Under the pieces are notes generated by a model that was not told the origin of the DNA, did not search any database, and saw only the letters and a list, made by a program, of their open reading frames with translations. 64,000 bases of DNA from Thermoanaerobaculia bacterium. Lineage in GTDB: Bacteria > Acidobacteriota > Thermoanaerobaculia > Multivoradales > Multivoraceae. The first letter of the stretch is position 1; the number at the start of each line of letters is the position of its first letter. The stretch is taken from contig OY762911.1 of the NCBI GenBank assembly GCA_963666565.1, positions 1,280,001 through 1,344,000 of the forward strand, given 5' to 3'. Positions 27,143-36,802 of this stretch are shown here, piece by piece. Both the position numbers and the translations under genes were made by a program.

Positions 27143-28624
27143 ATGACCGTACTCATACAGATCCCCACGCCCCTGCGCGGCTTCGCCGACGAACAGGCCG
27201 AGGTGGCCGTCGCCGCCGCCACCGTCGGCGAGGCGATGGAGCAGCTCGTCACCCGCTACGAGGGCCTGCGCCCGCACCTGTTCGGCGACGACGGCAAGCT
27301 GCGCACCTTCGTCAACCTGTTCCTGAACGACGAGGACGTGCGCTACCTGGAGCGCGAGGCGACGCCGATCGACGGCGACGCCACGCTCGCGATCATCCCG
27401 TCGATCGCCGGCGGCGCCGTGGCCGAGCCGCCGGCCCGGGCCGACGCGCAGGCGCAGCCCCAGGGCCAGGCAGGCGCGACCGAACTGAGCCCGCAGGAGA
27501 TCCTCCGCTACAGCCGGCACCTGATCATGCCCGAGGTCGGCTCCGAGGGGCAGTTGAAGCTCAAGGCCGCCAAGGTGCTGATGATCGGCACCGGCGGGCT
27601 CGGCTCGCCGCTCGGCATGTACCTCGCCGCGGCCGGCGTGGGCCGCCTCGGCCTGGTCGACTTCGACATCGTCGACGAGTCCAACCTGCACCGGCAGTTG
27701 CTCTACAGCAACGCGGACGTAGGCCGTCCCAAGATCGACGCCGCGGTCGAGCGGCTGCGCGAGGTGAACCCGCACATCGAGTTGACGCCACACCCGGTGC
27801 TGCTGAACTCCAGCAACGCGCTCGAGATCTTCGAGGACTACGACCTGATCGTCGACGGCACGGACAACTTCCCGACCCGCTACCTCGTCAACGACGCCTG
27901 CGTCCTGCTCGGCAAGCCGAACGTCTACGGCTCCATCTTCCGCTTCGAAGGCCAGGTCTCCGTGTTCTGGGGCGCCGAGGGACCGTGCTACCGCTGCCTT
28001 TTCGCCGAACCGCCGCCGCCGGGACTCGTCCCCTCATGCGCCGAAGGCGGTGTCCTCGGGGTGCTTCCCGGCATCATCGGCAGCCTGCAGGCGAACGAGG
28101 TGATCAAACTCATCATCGGCCAAGGCGACCCGCTGATCGGCCGCCTGGTCCTCTTCGATGCCCTGCGCATGAGCTTCCGCGAACTGAAGCTGCGCAAGAA
28201 CCCGGACTGCCCCGTCTGCTCCGAGAACCCGACCCAGACCGAACTGATCGACTACGAGCAGTTCTGCGGCGTCCCCGCCGTCGCCGAGGAGCCGGCCCTG
28301 AACGACATGATCGACGTGACCCCGACCCAGGTCCAGTCCTGGATGAACGACGGCCGCGACTTCAGCATCCTCGACGTCCGGGGCCCCCAGGAGTACGCGA
28401 TCTGCCGGATCGACGGCTCGACCCTGATCCCCGTTGCCGAGCTGGAGGGCCGTTTGGCCGAGCTCGATCCCTCGAAGCTCTGGGTCGTCCACTGCCACCA
28501 CGGCCCGCGGTCGACGCGAGCGACGAACATCCTCCGCGACAACGGCTTCCCGCAGGCGTACAACCTGGCCGGCGGGATCGATGCGTGGGCGGAGCAGGTC
28601 GATCCGTCGTTGCCACGGTACTGA
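27143..28624 (+). CDS. moeB: Fusion of MoaD/ThiS-like Ubl, MoeB (E1-like) adenylyltransferase and rhodanese
   Basis: IPTPLR...IIPSIAGG (G90-G91); RYSRH, GTGGLG, SNLHRQ, CYRC, CPVC; rhodanese CHHGPRS. Confidence 0.9.
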   Translation: MTVLIQIPTPLRGFADEQAEVAVAAATVGEAMEQLVTRYEGLRPHLFGDDGKLRTFVNLFLNDEDVRYLEREATPIDGDATLAIIPSIAGGAVAEPPARADAQAQPQGQAGATELSPQEILRYSRHLIMPEVGSEGQLKLKAAKVLMIGTGGLGSPLGMYLAAAGVGRLGLVDFDIVDESNLHRQLLYSNADVGRPKIDAAVERLREVNPHIELTPHPVLLNSSNALEIFEDYDLIVDGTDNFPTRYLVNDACVLLGKPNVYGSIFRFEGQVSVFWGAEGPCYRCLFAEPPPPGLVPSCAEGGVLGVLPGIIGSLQANEVIKLIIGQGDPLIGRLVLFDALRMSFRELKLRKNPDCPVCSENPTQTELIDYEQFCGVPAVAEEPALNDMIDVTPTQVQSWMNDGRDFSILDVRGPQEYAICRIDGSTLIPVAELEGRLAELDPSKLWVVHCHHGPRSTRATNILRDNGFPQAYNLAGGIDAWAEQVDPSLPRY

Positions 28625-28699
28625 GGGAGCGGGCGACCGGACGCTCGGGAGCTTCGAGGCCGAACCGGCGCTGGCCGGCGTCCGGTGGCGCCGAGCTAG

Positions 28700-30447
28700 C
28701 CCGCATGTTTCACCGATGCGGCGTTCGCGTCGGGTTTTGAGCTGAGGAAGGCGTTTTGGCGTTGGCCGGAGGCTCTCGCTGGGCTTGGGCGTCGCAGGCG
28801 GGTTCGAGTCGGCGTACGGAAGCGTCGCAGGCGGCTGCGGCGGCGCGGCTGGGCGATCTTCGGACGCACTTCGGCCGGGTGTCGATGCAAGGCGTGTTGT
28901 TGTGGGGTCCGATTCCGAGTCGGGTTTCAGGCCGGCGGGTGGTAGAGGGGTTTTCGTTGGAGGTTTGCCAAGGCCTGGGCGAAGTCGTTCTGCCAGGGGA
29001 AGGCGTCGGACAGGTGGATCCAGATGCGGCGGTGGGTGATGCGCACTCTGGCGGCGACCTTGAGCAGGTGGAGGCGCAGAGTGCCGCACTGGAGGCGGGC
29101 CTTGCCGGTATCCGCGAGAGCGAGCCGTCGCACGGCGGCGAGCAGGACGTAGGCGAAGGAGGAGAAGTAGAGGCGCAGTTGATTGGCGGCCATGGTGGCG
29201 CTCGAGGTGCGGTCGGCGAAGAGGTCGAGTTGCTGCTCCTTGATGCGGTTTTCCATGTCTCCGCGGGCGCAGTAGAGCTGCTCGTAGAGCGGCTGCTTGC
29301 CGGCGCGGCTCCTCCGCAGACTGGACACGACGAAGCGGGGATTCGCGCCCTTCGCGAGCCACTCCGCCTTGCCCACCACTCGCCTCTTGCGAGACCACGA
29401 AGTGTCGGTCCGGTAGCGGAACTCACGGAACCGGCGCGACGCCTTGCCGGTCGCATGGAAGCGCCGCCGCGACTTCTGAAGCGGTCGCCCAATCCGCCTC
29501 ACAAGACGGCGATTCCTTGCCACGCCGAACACGAAGCCGATCCCCTGCCTCTCGCACCAGGCCATGATCCGCTCCCGGCAGAAGCCCGAGTCGCCGCGCA
29601 GGACGATTCGCACCTCCGGCCAAGCCTCCCGAATCCGGGCGACGATCGGCGTCAACTCCCGGATCGTGCCCGCGCTGCCATCCTGATTCGACCGCCGCAG
29701 CCGCGCCAGCAGCAGGTGCTCGCCACAGAACGCGTACAGAGGCATGTAGCAGTACGTACCGTAGTAGCCGTGGAAGAACCGGCCCTCCTGAGCCCCGTGC
29801 AAAGGATCGTCGGTCGCATCGAGGTCCAGCACGATCTCCGCGGGCGCCTCCTCGTGAGCCTCCAGAAACAGGTCCACCAACAGACGATCCAACGCCTTCG
29901 TGTCTGCCGGGATCCGCTTGTAGCGGTCGCCCGCCGCCTTGCCCGGACGAGACAACTCCAGCCGATTCAACGCCGATGCGCTCGCCAGCGGACGACCCTT
30001 GTCCCGCGTCCGACGACGATCCGCGCCCGTGATGTCCGACTTGCCCACCAGCAACGCCATGAACGCGTCCCGGCGAAGCTGGTTGTGGTCATTCAGGTCC
30101 TCGTAGCCCAGAGCCAGACCGTAGACCCGCTGAGCCACCAGATCACGCACCGTGTGCTCGACCGCCGAGGGATTCCGGTAGTCCCGAAAACACGACGCCA
30201 TCCGCTCCAGAAGACCGAGGCGAGCCTCCGTCTCCCGAAGCAGCACGCCGCCGCCCTCAGACGTCAACTGGCCGCCGTCGAAACGAACCGTCACCCGACG
30301 GCGACCGTGGCGACCAAACTCAAGCTGCGACGGAGTACACTCTGTGATCACGGGCCTCGCTCCTGCGGATCCTCCAAATGTCTGATACCACTTGGATTAT
30401 CTGCCGGAAGAGGCCCGATCTCAAATCACCCCCGTGAGATATGCGGG
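28700..30447 (-). mobile_element. IS1380-family insertion sequence, apparently complete (1748 bp)
   Basis: Terminal IRs CCCGCATGTTTCAC (28700-28713) and CCCGCATATCTCAC (reverse complement of 30434-30447); flanking CTAG at 28696-28699 and 30448-30451. Confidence 0.9.
28927..30351 (-). CDS. IS1380-family DDE transposase
   Basis: GYEDLNDH, LDLDATDD..HG.QEG, RGDSGF, YCARGDMENRIKE. Confidence 0.95.
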   Translation of the reverse strand: MITECTPSQLEFGRHGRRRVTVRFDGGQLTSEGGGVLLRETEARLGLLERMASCFRDYRNPSAVEHTVRDLVAQRVYGLALGYEDLNDHNQLRRDAFMALLVGKSDITGADRRRTRDKGRPLASASALNRLELSRPGKAAGDRYKRIPADTKALDRLLVDLFLEAHEEAPAEIVLDLDATDDPLHGAQEGRFFHGYYGTYCYMPLYAFCGEHLLLARLRRSNQDGSAGTIRELTPIVARIREAWPEVRIVLRGDSGFCRERIMAWCERQGIGFVFGVARNRRLVRRIGRPLQKSRRRFHATGKASRRFREFRYRTDTSWSRKRRVVGKAEWLAKGANPRFVVSSLRRSRAGKQPLYEQLYCARGDMENRIKEQQLDLFADRTSSATMAANQLRLYFSSFAYVLLAAVRRLALADTGKARLQCGTLRLHLLKVAARVRITHRRIWIHLSDAFPWQNDFAQALANLQRKPLYHPPA

Positions 30448-30553
30448 CTAGCGCCGCCAAACCTGTCGCAGGCTCCATGTTTGGCCCCAGCCCCCACCTC
30501 ACCAAGAGGCCGCGTCGCAGAAACCGCTTCGCTGCGTTCTGCGGCGCAGCCTC

Positions 30554-31360
30554 CTAGTCGGATGTGCGGGAGTAGGCCCCAAGGTCTTGCGAAGTCACCT
30601 CGTCGGACGGCACGAGCCGATAGTGCTTCTCGTCGACGATCTTGACCGCTTCGTCCTCCAGCCGGAGTTCGAACATTGCGATGACCTCGTCGGCCATGAA
30701 CTGGGTAGAGACAGCGCGGCAGATCAAGTCCGGGAACTTCTCCCGACAGCAGAGAATGTCCTGCTTGGTCTGCACGACACCCAGCTGGTCGGAGCCGGAT
30801 TTGGCCTGAACAGGGACCACGTACTGTCGGCCGTGGCGATCCAGGCCCGCGTAGATCTCGTCGATCTCGATCTGGCCGACGTTGGCCACGGTGGTGCGCA
30901 GGTGGCTCTGCAGGGAGTAGGCGACGATCCCCAGGAAGACGTCGATCAGGCGGTTGTAGCGCACCTTGGCGAGTAGCGCCTGCTCGTCGGAGAGCGCGTA
31001 GGCACCGACGATCTCGGGTGTGGCGTCCGGGATCTTGGTTGTGATCAGGGCCGGGTTGGGAACGACGCGGCTGATGGGTACGAGCCGGAATGCGTAGTTG
31101 GAGATTCCGGTACCCTCGATAACCCATTCTTGGCCTTCGGGCTGAGTGGCGACTATCGCGTCGGGGAGCGCCCGCCGATGACGGAAGGCGTAGACGACGT
31201 CGCCCAGGTTGCGAGGCGTGTCGACGCCGAGTCGCTCGGCAGCGGTTGCGAGGTCGTCGCGATGGAAGCTCAGCGACTTCGCGCCGGGCCGATAGCGATC
31301 TTCGAATACGCGTTCGATGATGGCGCTGTAGATCGACGCCTGAGGATCGGGGGCGCTCAC
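30554..31360 (-). CDS. Putative restriction endonuclease (PD-(D/E)xK-like) coupled to dcm
   Basis: GTGA overlap with the MTase stop; NLGDVVY, DEQALLAKVRYNRL, QIEIDE...VPVQAK. Confidence 0.65.
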   Translation of the reverse strand: MSAPDPQASIYSAIIERVFEDRYRPGAKSLSFHRDDLATAAERLGVDTPRNLGDVVYAFRHRRALPDAIVATQPEGQEWVIEGTGISNYAFRLVPISRVVPNPALITTKIPDATPEIVGAYALSDEQALLAKVRYNRLIDVFLGIVAYSLQSHLRTTVANVGQIEIDEIYAGLDRHGRQYVVPVQAKSGSDQLGVVQTKQDILCCREKFPDLICRAVSTQFMADEVIAMFELRLEDEAVKIVDEKHYRLVPSDEVTSQDLGAYSRTSD

Positions 31361-32679
31361 GCGAAGAGCCTGCGCGGCGAGGGTGCAAGCGACGCCTCGA
31401 TGTCCTCTTGCTTTCGCTTCCTGGTGCCGCTCTTGCGGTCGCGTCGGCCGATGGGAACCGGCACTCCCCAATACTCGGAGGCTTTGGACATGTTCATGCG
31501 AAGGAGCTCGACATCGCCAAGGCGTATCGTAGAGCTTGGCTGCGTCGGCCGTATCTCGGCTGCCTGGAGGATGCTGGTGGCCACGGCTCGCGCAAGCGGC
31601 GGAGGGACCGAGTTGCCGATTTGGCGCGCGCCGTGCCACTTCGTTCGATGGAAGCGGAACCAGTCAGGAAACCCGTGTAGCCGAGCCATCTCGCGCACTG
31701 TCACGCACCGCGGCTTGGCGTAGTGAATGGGGCGTGGACTGGTGAAAGCGCCCCGCGCAGAGTCGGTTCCCGCACGCAGAGTGTTCGAGAGCCCACGACG
31801 CGAGAGCTTGAACAGGCGCGAGACCGGTTCCACCGTGCCGGGCGGAGTTTCGGCGAAGCGCCGGCGGGATATGGGCGTGTGGGCCGTACGAGCGCTCGCG
31901 CTGAGGAGGTTGGGATCCCACTCGCGACGGTAACCGTACTGCCAAGCGCCATCGTCGACACAGCGCATCTTCTCGGCGTAGGGACTGGGCACGCCCCAGG
32001 CGTCGCTCGACACTTCGTCACTGCGCAGCAACTCGGAGTAGGCCTCCGCCTCGGGAAGATCGTCCAGCGCATCTTCGCAGCGTGGCCCCGTGAATGAGCC
32101 CGTCGCAGCGCAGAGCACTTGGGGTCTGGGGTAGTCGGGCAGGGGCATGTCGCTCCGGGCGCCGATCAGGAACAGCCGCTCCCGGTTCTGCGGGACATCG
32201 AAGTGGGCCGCATTGAGAACCTGCCAAGGCGTCCGAACGCGATAGCCCCGGCCGTTCAGAGCATCGACGAGCTCCTCGAGGAACTGGCGGTGCCTGCCGA
32301 TGGTCAGTCCCTTGACGTTCTCGAAGACGAAGAACCTGGTGTCGAGCTCGGCCACCAGCCGAACGAACTCGCTTACCAAGGCGTTACGCGGGTCGTCGAG
32401 CGCCCGCTGCCCGATGAGGGAAAAGCCCTGGCACGGCGCACCGCCGAACACGACGTCGACCGGACGCGAATCTGCGTTCGCCAGCCGGCGCAGTTCGTCC
32501 CCGGTCAAGCCAACAACCGAGCGTGGAAGGGTCGTGGAATAGGGAAAGTTGAATTTGTGCGCAGCGGCATGAACAGGGTCGACCTCGACCGTCGCGGCAA
32601 TGTCGAAACCGGCTTGTTCGAAACCCAAGCTAAGGCCGCCTACACCGCCGAACAGGTCGATGCCGACGGGTCTGGTCAC
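31357..32679 (-). CDS. dcm: DNA (cytosine-5)-methyltransferase
   Basis: DLFGGVGG, GGAPCQGFS, FENVKG, PQNRER, RLHGFPD, QIGNSVPP. Confidence 0.95.
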   Translation of the reverse strand: MTRPVGIDLFGGVGGLSLGFEQAGFDIAATVEVDPVHAAAHKFNFPYSTTLPRSVVGLTGDELRRLANADSRPVDVVFGGAPCQGFSLIGQRALDDPRNALVSEFVRLVAELDTRFFVFENVKGLTIGRHRQFLEELVDALNGRGYRVRTPWQVLNAAHFDVPQNRERLFLIGARSDMPLPDYPRPQVLCAATGSFTGPRCEDALDDLPEAEAYSELLRSDEVSSDAWGVPSPYAEKMRCVDDGAWQYGYRREWDPNLLSASARTAHTPISRRRFAETPPGTVEPVSRLFKLSRRGLSNTLRAGTDSARGAFTSPRPIHYAKPRCVTVREMARLHGFPDWFRFHRTKWHGARQIGNSVPPPLARAVATSILQAAEIRPTQPSSTIRLGDVELLRMNMSKASEYWGVPVPIGRRDRKSGTRKRKQEDIEASLAPSPRRLFA

Positions 32680-32754
32680 GCCTCGGATCCCGTCCTACTG
32701 CGCATGGGCAGGAGAGCCCTGCCGGCGCCCGTGCGGCACGAGCGGAGCGCGGCC

Positions 32755-33165
32755 TCAGTCGGCCTCGGGGAATCGCACGATCTTGTCGATTGCCGTTGGC
32801 TTGTCGCGCAATTCACATTGCCAAACGACGAGGACGGCCCAGCCGTCGGCCTGGAGATCCCTGACGTTCCTCTCATCGCGCTTCCGATTGGCCTCGATCT
32901 TGGGTTGCCAGTACTCGATCCGCGACTTGGGAAGATTGCCCCAACGGCAGGAGTGACCATGCCAGAAACAGCCGTGAACGAAGAGGATCTTCCGCCGACT
33001 CGGGAAGACGATGTCCGGCGATCCCGGAAGGTCGCGCCGGTGCAGGCTGTACCTGAAGCCGCGACGGTGCAACGCGCGCCGCACGGCCATTTCGGGACCC
33101 GTGTTGGCGGTGCTGACGCTCCGCATGATCCGGCTCCGACGCTGCGCCGTGACGTGGTCCACCAT
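32755..33165 (-). CDS. vsr: Very short patch repair endonuclease
   Basis: RSRIM...NTGPE, LPGSPDIV, FVHGCFWHGH, VVWQCE. Confidence 0.95.
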   Translation of the reverse strand: MVDHVTAQRRSRIMRSVSTANTGPEMAVRRALHRRGFRYSLHRRDLPGSPDIVFPSRRKILFVHGCFWHGHSCRWGNLPKSRIEYWQPKIEANRKRDERNVRDLQADGWAVLVVWQCELRDKPTAIDKIVRFPEAD

Positions 33166-33600
33166 GGTCAGGGCGCGGGTACCCGCAAGGCGAGGATGCC
33201 GGGCGGTTGTGCCAGCCCCGACGTGCACGCTGCGGCACAGTCGGCGGCAAGGGCCGGAGGACATCTCGGAGCGGCGAACGGAGGTCGAGCATCGGATGGA
33301 GTGTAACCCGCCATCGGGGCCGTCTGCGACCGGTTGAGCCCTGGTTTCCGCAGCTTGCCGGTAGCGTCCGAGCGGGACGGTCCGCCGGTCGAGTGGGCTC
33401 GCGGCTCCGACTGCCGCTCCCGGCTGAACAGGCAGGCGAACAGAGCGAGAAGGTCGGCTCGTTCCCGACCGACGTCTACGACAACTGGCATGAGTGAGTG
33501 AAGGCAGTCTATCGTCGCGTCTCCGAGGGCCGACTGCGGCTTCAGGAGAGCGTCCTGAGGACGCGCTGCCCTCGGAGGAGCTGGTATTGGAGAATCGCCC

Positions 33601-34824
33601 ATGATCGACCGAATCGCCGTCACAGGCTTCAAGAACCTACGGGACGTAACCGTCGACCTCGGCCGACTGAACCTGTTCGTCGGCGCGAATGCCAGCGGCA
33701 AGTCGAACTTCTTCGAGGCGCTCCGCGTGCTGCAGGGGATCGGCAGCGGTCTGGCGGTGGGCGAGATCCTGGACGGCCAACCGGATACCGCGGCCGGGGA
33801 AAGGTGGCAGGGTGTCCGAGGCGGGAGTGCGAAGGCGTGTTTCGAGGGGCCTGAGCGATCGGAGACGTTCTCCATAGCGGCCGCCGGCAAGCTGAGTGCA
33901 GGAGAGGCGACGAGGCGATGGGAGTATTCGGTGAGTCTCTCGCCTCGGCTCGGGCGCGTGACCGGGGAGAGTCTGCGGTTCGGAGGCCATGACGTCTTTG
34001 CCGCTGTGCGCGGTGCCGACGCCGGAGTCGGGAATGGCACTGTCGAGGTCGAGTACCGGCGAGGAGGACGGCTTCCGCCCCTGCCCCTGTCGTTCGACCG
34101 TTCCCGGCCGGTTCTGTCGCAGTTCAAGGCCTCGGATCGCGTCGAGTCGCGGCATCGCAGGTACGCCGCGGGCGTGGCGGACGCGTTGGCCGACGTGCAG
34201 CGTGTCGCTCCGGCGCCGGCAGTGCTGAGGGGTTACTCGCAGACGCGCCAGGCGGACCGCTTGGGCGAACAGGGCGAGAACTTTGCCGCCCTGGTCAGGG
34301 CGATCTGCGCCGACCCCGAAGGGGAAGCCGCGTACCTCGACTGGCTTCGCCAGTTGCTGCCGGCGAAGGTGGACGGAGTGGGGACCTTGTCGGGTGCCAT
34401 GGGCGAGCCGCTCTTCATGCTGCGTGAGCGGGGCAGGGGGTTCCCTGCACCGGTGTTGAGCGACGGGACGCTCCGGTTCGCCGCGATCGCCGCGGCCTTC
34501 TTTCAGCCCGACATGCCTCGGATCATGACGATCGAGGAGATCGAACGCGGCGTACACCCGAGTCGGACCCGTCTGATCCTGGAGCTTCTCCAGACCAATG
34601 CCGCGACTGGCTCGACGCAGATTCTGGCGACGACTCACTCGCCGGCAGTTCTGGCGTGGCTGGAACTGTCGGAGTACGCGTCGACGTACGTCTGCCGGCG
34701 CGATGCGGCTACGGGTGAAGCGACGATCAGGCGGCTCGGCGACCTTCCTGGCTTCGGGAGGGCTGCCGAGACCGGCTCGCTTCCCGAGATGTTCGCGGAA
34801 GGCTGGCTGGAGGCGGCCCCGTGA
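33601..34824 (+). CDS. AAA_21/COG4637-type ATPase
   Basis: GFKNL, GANASGKSN, LSDGTLRF, IEEIERGVHP, TTHSP. Confidence 0.85.
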   Translation: MIDRIAVTGFKNLRDVTVDLGRLNLFVGANASGKSNFFEALRVLQGIGSGLAVGEILDGQPDTAAGERWQGVRGGSAKACFEGPERSETFSIAAAGKLSAGEATRRWEYSVSLSPRLGRVTGESLRFGGHDVFAAVRGADAGVGNGTVEVEYRRGGRLPPLPLSFDRSRPVLSQFKASDRVESRHRRYAAGVADALADVQRVAPAPAVLRGYSQTRQADRLGEQGENFAALVRAICADPEGEAAYLDWLRQLLPAKVDGVGTLSGAMGEPLFMLRERGRGFPAPVLSDGTLRFAAIAAAFFQPDMPRIMTIEEIERGVHPSRTRLILELLQTNAATGSTQILATTHSPAVLAWLELSEYASTYVCRRDAATGEATIRRLGDLPGFGRAAETGSLPEMFAEGWLEAAP

Positions 34825-34924
34825 GTGGGCCGAATCCGGTCGTTCCTAAGGAACCCTCGGTCGCCGGTCCGCCGTAGTGGCGGCTACCAGGATGAGCTAC
34901 GGGCTGCTCGACGACTGACGGCGC

Positions 34925-35893
34925 TTACCCGTCGACCGGCTCGAACCGTGCTCTTTGGCCTTCGATCTCTACTCTCGCCTCCGGCAGTGCCTCGACGGCG
35001 CGCCGTGCCAGCAGGGCGAGACCGATGGCGGTGTCGTCGCGGGAAGACCGAGACACGCTGGTGACCGTCCCGGCGGTTCGGCCGTCGTACTGGATCTCGG
35101 TGCCGGCGTCCGGCGTGTGCCCGGGCTCGAAGACGATCCGGCACATCCGCCGGGCCGGCTGGCCGCGGTAGTGGAGCCGGGCGACGATCTCCTGGCCCAG
35201 GTAGCAGCCCTTCTCGTAGTCGACGGCGTCCGGGATGCCGGTCTCCTGGGGCAGGTTCGAGTCGTCGTAGTCGACGCCCCAGAGCGGGTGGCCGTGCTCG
35301 ATGCGGAGCGCTTCGGTGGCTTCGGCGCCGACACTCGGGATGCTGGCGTCAGCAAGGTCTTCGGCCAGCAGCGGAGCGATGGCGGAGGACTGCCAGAGGG
35401 AGAAGGCAGGCACGGCGCTGTGGCCTTCGCGGACCAGGCGGGCCTGGTAGTCGAGGAGCTCGACCTGGGCGTGGGACCAGGGTTCGGCCAGCTCGCCGGC
35501 CGCGCCGGCGCCCAGGTCGGCGAGAACACCGACGGCCCTGGGGCCGGCGACGCGTACAGCGGCCATGTCGCCGAGCGGCAGGACCTCAACCCGGTCGGTG
35601 ACGACGTACTTCTCCAGGTGCTCGATGATCGTCCGGCCGCGGCCCTTCGGAATCTCCAGCCACAGGCGGTCTTCGAGCGCCAGCACGGCGGCACTGGCGA
35701 GGATCCGGCCGCGGACGTCGGTGATGAAGCCGAAGCGGCCGTTTCCGGCGGCCAGGCCTTCGACCGCCGCAGTCACCATGCCGCCGAAGAACCGTTCGCG
35801 GTCGGGACCCATGAGTTCCAGCCGGGAGGCCGGAGTTGGCTCGCAGAGGGCCGCTTCGGCGGTAAGCAGCCGGATGTCGCGTTCGAAGCTCAT
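34925..35893 (-). CDS. ygfZ: Folate-binding YgfZ/GcvT-family protein
   Basis: KGCYLGQEIVAR motif. Confidence 0.85.
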   Translation of the reverse strand: MSFERDIRLLTAEAALCEPTPASRLELMGPDRERFFGGMVTAAVEGLAAGNGRFGFITDVRGRILASAAVLALEDRLWLEIPKGRGRTIIEHLEKYVVTDRVEVLPLGDMAAVRVAGPRAVGVLADLGAGAAGELAEPWSHAQVELLDYQARLVREGHSAVPAFSLWQSSAIAPLLAEDLADASIPSVGAEATEALRIEHGHPLWGVDYDDSNLPQETGIPDAVDYEKGCYLGQEIVARLHYRGQPARRMCRIVFEPGHTPDAGTEIQYDGRTAGTVTSVSRSSRDDTAIGLALLARRAVEALPEARVEIEGQRARFEPVDG

Positions 35894-35989
35894 GGCTGCC
35901 CGCCGGCCGCCACGTTCATGGCGTGCGGCCGGTTGGACCGCGGCTCGGGGCGGCACTCGAAGCTCATGGGCGCCCGGCGGTCGGCACGT

Positions 35990-36742
35990 TCACGGTGCGC
36001 GGTCGGTTGGAACACGGCTCGCGGCGGCGTTCGAAGTTCGTGGCGTCCGCCGCGGGCGGCCGTGGCCGTCGAGGAGGATCTCCCGCACCGAGGCGTGGCG
36101 GAGGTCGGGCACGACCCAGCGAGCGCCGGCTTCCTCCAGTCGGTGGCCGGGGGTGAAGCCGGTGGCCACGGCCAGCACCGGCACGTCGTGAGCGTCGCCG
36201 CAAGCGACGTCGCGGACCGTGTCGCCGATGATGACGGCGTCCGCCGGCGCCGGTGAAGCGCCGAGACGCCGAGCGGCTCGTTCGACAGCCACCGGCACCA
36301 GTTCGTTGCGCCGGACTCCGTCCTCGCCGAACGCGCCGAAGTCGAAGAAGCGGTTGAGGCCGAACGGTTCGAGCTTGGCCCGGGCCCCGATCTCCCAGTT
36401 TCCGGTGAGCAGGGCCACGCAGGTGTCTTCCGCGCCGGCCAGCTCCTCGAGCAGCTCGACGACGCCGGGCAGAAGCCGCATCCGGTCCGGGTCGAGCCGC
36501 TCGAGCAGGTCGCCATAGTGCGAGCGCACCTCGCCGAGGCGGCCTTCGACCTCGGCGCGCGGGAGTCCGGCCTCGGTCATCAGGTCGATTACCGCCTCCG
36601 TATCGGTCCTGCCGCCGAAGTCGTAGGCGCGGACGTTGCCCGTCTGGCCGAAGGTGCGCTTGAGGGCGCCCATGAAGATGGGACCGATCTGGGGGCCGCA
36701 CCGAACGAGGGTGCCGTCGATGTCGAAGAGCAGGAGTCGCAT
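35990..36742 (-). CDS. HAD-family hydrolase
   Basis: LFDIDGTL, LLTGN, IIGDT..D. Confidence 0.9.
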   Translation of the reverse strand: MRLLLFDIDGTLVRCGPQIGPIFMGALKRTFGQTGNVRAYDFGGRTDTEAVIDLMTEAGLPRAEVEGRLGEVRSHYGDLLERLDPDRMRLLPGVVELLEELAGAEDTCVALLTGNWEIGARAKLEPFGLNRFFDFGAFGEDGVRRNELVPVAVERAARRLGASPAPADAVIIGDTVRDVACGDAHDVPVLAVATGFTPGHRLEEAGARWVVPDLRHASVREILLDGHGRPRRTPRTSNAAASRVPTDRAP

Positions 36743-36802
36743 CGCTTGATCGGTGTCGCAGAGTGAGCGGTGAGACTATCCGCCCTGCTAGCCTTCCGCG
36801 TC

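Noticed and set aside
24643-27252. 869-aa oxidoreductase
   Set aside because: The real gene starts at 25278; the upstream part is antisense to cysM/mec
26569-28624. CBASS/Bil-type ubiquitin-like antiphage system (E1 + JAB + Ubl)
   Set aside because: No E2 or CD-NTase; the rhodanese domain and adjacent CysM indicate sulfur relay
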